Below, in pieces: positions 57,789-64,000 of a stretch of 64,000 bases of DNA. Made by a program: the position numbers and the translations under genes. The notes below the pieces were generated by a model. That model did not search any database and was not told where the DNA came from. It saw only the letters and a program-made list of their open reading frames with translations. Numbering within the stretch: position 1 is the stretch's first letter; every line of letters starts with the position of its first letter. Source of the stretch: Corallochytrium limacisporum Hawaii. Lineage: Eukaryota; Protista; Pluriformea. The stretch is taken from positions 67,407-131,406 of the forward strand of contig PDIP01000048.1 of assembly GCA_002811645.1 (NCBI GenBank). The letters run 5' to 3'.

Positions 57789-60700
57789 GGACTTCCTGTA
57801 CGAATTCTAGCCTCCCTGCCGTCCCCAAACCCACATCCCCCTTCCCAACTCGCACTCTGGGGTGCGCGCGACCAAACGCCGTCCTTCGTTGGGTGCCTGC
57901 AATAGGGCAATGAAAAATAGGCCCCAGATTGAAGTCCACGAAGGGTGCACTCGATCCTGGTGATTTAAATAAGTAATATCATTCCATTGTTTAAAAAGTA
58001 AAGATGAGACTAAATTACAGGTATCCGGATATGGAAAATATGACCCGTATTCGGCCGCGTCAGTTCTCCCGGTGTATGGACTGCTCAATAGTGAGAGTAC
58101 CGAGGGGAATGTTGGGGAGCGACACCAGGAATAGTTTGTATACAAAACCGGGCTAAATTTTCTAGAGACAGAACCACGATTGGTTTCCGGCCACACAGGT
58201 ACAACTAAGAGTTCTATTCCATAGCCACCATCGCACTGCACCGCACTGCCATGCTCAAAGATGGATGTTGTGTTCTGTGCAATGGATACCTCCACACAGT
58301 ACAAAGACCCCGGTCGATAATGATTTTGATGCCGGAGTGAATTGATACGGGGCGGTATGGTGCCAAATCTCTTAGGATGTCGAGGGCAAAGGGAAACAAA
58401 AGAGGAGGTCCCAAACTCGTCCGGTACCAAACCAAGCCAAAAGAGGGGCTTGAGCGTGGCCGGAGGAAGCGGGTTTTCCGCTGAATTAGAGAGCATTCAT
58501 TTCGTTTCCGAACCCAACCGAACCCAACCGAAAATAAACCTGGCGCTAGTATATATCTATGGTAGTCAATGCTGGAGTGCTGCTGCCTCTTGAACGAATA
58601 TTTGTACGTAGGGTGTGTATGGGATAGGGAGCAAGAATTCCACTGTGCAACGACCACACACGAATCTATTCTAAGAGCATACAACATCTGCTTACCGCCT
58701 ACTGTCCACACTTCATCACATGGCGCGAAAAGTGAAAATAATGGTGGTCTCCTACTAGGGCACAGTTGTGACCCTCGACTTAATGCCGGTCTGGAAATGG
58801 AGACGCAGGGCTGTGAGCGGGGGTGTGGGGAGATCCTTGTGTGGTGGAGAGACCGGTGGGATGAGATGGCCCAATGTCGTACATTCCTGGCCGTGTTCCT
58901 CGAGCCTTGTTCGACGTTGCGTGCCCCTCGGTGCACATGGATGGGGACCAGTTGTTGAATAGTCAATGCATGGGGAAATGCAAAGAGCTGTGTGCGTATG
59001 AATCCAAGGCGCACAGTGTTTGGTCGTGACAACGCACCAAGTTTTCTTGTTGCACTACACGAGGTCCCAAACCCAACAAATCGTCCTATAAAATGGCAGC
59101 AGTGCATTTGTCCATTCAATCGCCGTGCGCTTGAGGAGCACCTTGGTTTTGCGTTTCAGCTTCCAAAGGAACCGAACTGGGAAACTCACTGCACAGATAG
59201 GTGACACGTATGCTTATGGCCGCGCGAAAAACCAAGTATGTTGTGAACTGTGCGCATGCTCAAACTCATAGCTTCTTTCGATTGACACGTCAATGCTCGC
59301 CCGCGAATCCAAATGGGCCCAATTATTACTCTGCTCTCGAGTGTGACCTTCTGCATTTTCCCATCATCTAGTTTGAATCCCCCACAGATCCCCCCTTCTC
59401 CTCAGAGAACCTCAAACGGCGCTGGCTATTGTTTATGTGTTGAGTGGTATGGTGTGCGGGTACCTCGCGTTATCCTTGTAGCGGGAGACCATGTGCCCTT
59501 GCGCTCAGGACTGCTCCACAATTGCTTTCCATACTCACGGAACTGAGACCGAAGGAAGAGGGGGGGGTGGGCGCCCGGTGAATTAAAGAGGTTCAAAAGC
59601 TAAAGCTTGCACAGCGAACGAACTTTCAGAACCAACTCCGGTCGTCCTTCTCGCCTGCTTTGCATCCCTCCTTCATTATTTCTTCACGTCTGTTTCCTTC
59701 TTTACCCCTTTCCCTATTAGCACGGGGGACAACTAGGGAACTGAAAATGAGCCAACCTAAACTTCATACTTTGCGTATGGCCAGGACAGGACCATCGGAC
59801 TCTCTGCAGACTTTGGTGATTGGATTATACCCTAATTAGTGCTGAACGGGTGTTGGGGAAATAGCAGGGATACACACTAGGAACCCCTTTACTGCACTCG
59901 TACTCCTTCTTTCTTCGTGTTCCTTCCTCAAGTGCTTCAGTTTTCTGAGCTCTGGTCCTCTCCGTGCACGGGAACTGGCCACCCTGGCCTCCCACTCTTT
60001 CATTACGCGACTAATTCCTTCCGACACTCATACCGCAAGTCAACCGACCGGCCGGTAATTTAGCGTTCCCCGCCACTGTTGATGACGTCGGAAATTTCTT
60101 TTCTCCATCGGGCGCATTCGCGTACACTATCGGTCCATGCCCTCCGTTTCAGCCCTATCCACCGCACAATTCCTGCTCCTAAGTGTTTGTCCACTGTGGA
60201 AAAATGGAGCAACTGGGTATGGACGCCATTGTCATCTATGTGTGGATCCATCGACGGCGTTGGCATTGGGAAGTTACTAGAGGGTGCCCATGAAGGTGAT
60301 GATTACTATTGTTGATTTCCCGATGGATAACACACTCTGACTGTCCAAAGCACTTTGTTCAACCGGAGACAATCACGGATTTGGTTGTGTTGTCTGGGAC
60401 GTCTACCGGTGTGCCTGGAACGATGATGTGCGAAAGAATTGGGCTGCAGCGCAAAATTCTGCGCCTCAGTCTGCAGTTGACATTCCTCGAATAGGCATCG
60501 TTCCCGGTGCGGAGAGTGTCAGTGTTGTCGGCGTGTCGCTTAGCTGCTAGGTGAGAGCCCCACCTTTCGGCAGTGTAAGAATCGGTCTGTCTCGATACTG
60601 TGCCAGCCTGTGCTGTTCCTTAAGTTTTGGTTGCAAAGCAGCGAGCTGGCGGAAGAGCCCGGGGTACAGTCATCAATGATGAATGGATAGGTTGGTGCAG

Positions 60701-63171
60701 CGGGTATCTGGCCACGAGGGAGTACGGATATGTCGCTTGAGCGATAGGGGCGGTACATGTACCCATATCGTATCTGGCGTTGTGATTTGCGAACTGTGCG
60801 TCGATGGCTCGTGTTGGTGCTTGGTATTCGGTCCGTTTGATTTGTGATCGATGTCGTAGTAGTGAAGGGTCAACATTCACATTTGAAACCAACGAGTCGA
60901 TTTGCTCATTTGGTGGACCTACTTGGGCTCACCAAGCGCTCTTAAATCAACAAGTATATTGTTTCAGCCCACTTGTGTTGTGTGGTGAGCACGTCCAGCG
61001 CTGCTTAATGTGAGAGTCTCCAAATGAATGCGCTGTTTGGTTGGTTGGTGGATTGCGAGAGCACGTCTGTGGTATAGGTATGCATCTCTCCCCATTGAGC
61101 CAGTCTATTCCTGTCAGTTCACCGTCATCACTCTGCTGGACCTTCTGCATGTCCCGCTGCATTGGTACTTTCCCATGGTCCCTCGAAGATCCAAGTCCTT
61201 TCTGGTATATGAAATATGCGGCAAAGGATAGTGTTGTTTGAGGTAGTACTGAAGCAGGAGACATGGAGGGAACAGACAAGCAAGAGAACAAGAAGGAGGC
61301 GCCCATTGCGATGGCACAGACAAGCACTCGGGCTCGTCACTGTTGAAAGAAGTCGAAGATTGGGGCTGAGCCGTGCGGAAGAAGGTCAGCCACCGCACGG
61401 GACGAGACAAAAAGACATGAAATGGTGCTGTACTGAAATAACCCAAGCATTCAACTTTGCATCACTGTGTATCGCAAAAGTTGACCGTATGACGTGGTTA
61501 TACGTTGAGAACGGGTGAATGCCTGTTTTTTTTTCCTTCCTTGTGGTTTTATGCCAGTACCACAGATACTAAAACTATCTATCTGTTTAGATCCAGAAAA
61601 ATGAGCAAAAGGCCGACGAAGGGGCCCTTTTGCTGTCAAGATTTGGCAATTCTTGTCCATCAAATGAGCAGATAAATTAGTAGTCAATGAACCGGTCGTT
61701 CAGTCCGACCCCCTTTCAACCCCCTCACTTCGCTCCGTGTCTTATTCCATTCCCCGGTTTTCATCGATAAAGCACCTTAACCCGTGTAGGGAACGTGTCG
61801 CCATTGATCGAACACAGAGTGTGGCAGAAAGATGACTTACTTTCAGTACCGCGAACATCAGGGAACGCGAAAAGTAGTGAGAACGCGAAAGGAAGAAGAA
61901 CCAAAGCCCCGGGCCCCGAAGAACCGAGATGGCCCTTATGTCCCCGGAGGACTGCAAATGGAGATGAGAGTTGTTTCCATAGTGTATGAACTCAGATCCT
62001 TCCGAAAGGCCTGAGCTATACGCGCGTCCTTTCTCTCGTCCTCTTTACCTTTACGTCCCAATACTTTCTGTAGGGAACCAGGAACAATTCCTTCCGACGG
62101 ACTTTGAGACTGTGTGGGCTGAAAGTGGGAGACCCGGAGCACATAAACCGCTGGGGCGCTGCGATCGCGAATACTGCCGTACGAATTAGTAAAAGTGGGG
62201 TACAGCTATGTGACTGAAACGTCAGCAATAGATCCACTTACAAACAAGGCGTGAAGAAATTTTCGTTGGACGGAACACTAGGAACAAGATGTACAGCCGG
62301 GAGATGGATGAAGAAAAAATCGTGTTGTGCCCCACTCTCTTTCTACCTGTCAGTTTCTTCGACTCACTACTGCACGATTCTGTCACTATTTAAAGGGGAG
62401 GGGGGGGGTCCCACAAAATACAACCTCACGCCGGGATGCTAAACCACACCCAAATGGGCTCCGCAGGCGCCGACATGTGAAATATAAAGGTATCAAAATT
62501 TTCTTCATACTGTTGAGTATAGAAATTCGTTTGTGGAGCCATCTCGAGACCTATATTCGAATCCCAGGCGTTCAGCAACCGCATGGGACACCGATTTGAT
62601 GCACACACCGTTCCGGAGAACAAAAGAGATGTGGAGATGGGTCCTCGTCTTTCTTGGTACTATGAGTATCCGATCTCACCCCCTTTACACACACCTCATA
62701 ATCTGGTCTAATCTCCCGATTTCCTTATATTTGCATTTAATAGCTTCGCCTATCAATCGTATCCCTCATATTCGGCGGTCTTATCCTTCACCCCAGCGCT
62801 AAGAACTGTTGCTCTTCCTTCTCTCCTTCCTGTGCTCCGTGTTTCGCCATCGTAGGCTCTTTGCCTTCTTTGGCTATAGCCCTGTCACCACTACCATTTC
62901 AAGCCGTAGTACTGAACGTTCCCCGAGGTTCCCTTTCCCCTCCTTCCATCTTGCACCTCTGGCACGGGCTGCGCGGGCTCGGCTCCGAGGTTGAACGATT
63001 TACGTTCTGACAGTGGGAACACTTTATGTATTGAATATAGAGAAGACAATTCTTGGCTAGCCAAGGAGGTGTGACGAGGTGATCCTACTGTGTGGAGAGG
63101 TCCGGCCACTTTGTGGCTTGTCTGATGTGACGAAGTCCTGCGAAGGAAAAAAAGAAGGGGAGGAGGCGAGG

Positions 63172-63259
63172 AGGGGGAGGGAGGAGAGAGAGAGAGAGGG
63201 AGAGAGAGAGAGGGAGAGAGAGAGGGAGAGAGAGAGAGGGAGAGAGAGGGAAGGAGAGA
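63172..63259. repeat. (GA)n / GAGG purine-rich microsatellite
   Basis: Imperfect GA run seen directly. Confidence 0.9.
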
Positions 63260-64000
63260 ACGTGAGCACTTTCTCCTTCTCTCACACGAGCGTAGCTCGC
63301 CGACGACTACATCGGAGTCCATATAGTTAGTACTAATAAATAAATGCTCATGGAAGGAACGCTTATGGCAATGTTTGGGAGGAACAGAAGAAAAGCTCTG
63401 AGAAATATGGCTTTGTCTGCGGAAAAATTTGTTCTCTCTTCGTCGCCCCAGTGCCTGTCCCTTTCACGCTCCCGTGTTTCGGCCCCGCCGAAGTCGCAGT
63501 CTCTGAGCAGCAAGGTGCGAATGGAATTCTCTTGGAATCACTCTAAGTCTTGCAGAAAGGGAGGTCAGAAATATATGAATTGCGCAACCTACCACACCAC
63601 CTTTCAGACCCTCAATCCTTTCAACACAGGGGATGAAGTTTTATAGGTCTCTTCGAAACAAGCATAGTCTCTTTGGTACGTATTGACTCAATTAATGAGA
63701 CCCTATCACAGTATATAAGATCCCGGAGAAAGCGTATGAGCATGTGCCGCCCCTCTGACCACCCAGCCGCATTGGGGGCTGAAGTTCACCAGAGCTCTTG
63801 CCGAACACCGAGCAACGGCCGCCCACAGAGATAGAGATAGACAAGCAGCAAAGACGGTTGAGATAGGCAGAGATTTTGCCATTTAGAATTTCGACCGTCG
63901 TCAGACATTATTCCTTTCGAGCTTCCTTCACTCTCCGGCCTCGTCTCCTTTCCGTGTCCTGCGTTTCTCCGCCGCCCGCCCCTCCCCCTCTCCCCCCCCC

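Noticed and set aside
57807-59119. 229-aa and 301-aa minus-strand ORFs upstream of the SPAG16 remnant
   Set aside because: No coiled coil or PF20 N-terminal similarity; composition looks non-coding.
62530-62580. TTCGAATCCC, similar to a tRNA T-loop/B-box
   Set aside because: Lacks the preceding GG and no cloverleaf stems can be formed.

Overview
Eukaryotic nuclear DNA from a compact genome with essentially intron-free coding regions. About 20 housekeeping genes are single uninterrupted ORFs (for example SPT6, 4.9 kb). Gene content mixes animal-type proteins (mitofusin, ZDHHC6 with SH3, SLK/LOK-type coiled coil, RRM-containing TRMT2A, HUNK/MARK-like kinase) with a fungal-type GT15 mannosyltransferase and a canonical archaeal/plant-type topoisomerase VI B subunit. 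This suggests a unicellular holozoan; the intron-poor Corallochytrium lineage is my best guess (inference only). Positions 1-47.7 kb are gene-dense. Positions 47.7-64 kb are gene-poor, with two N gaps and microsatellites. Most notable: (1) a frameshifted, N-terminally truncated and eroded PF20/SPAG16 flagellar central-pair gene; (2) the convergent neighbour, an orphan combining an apparently catalytically dead retropepsin-like domain with a C-terminal PP1-docking RVxF motif; (3) an intact TOP6B; (4) an SNX-RGS sorting nexin with an inserted C2-like domain. No rRNA, tRNA, CRISPR array or intact mobile element was found. All homology calls come from motif recognition by eye, not database searches.
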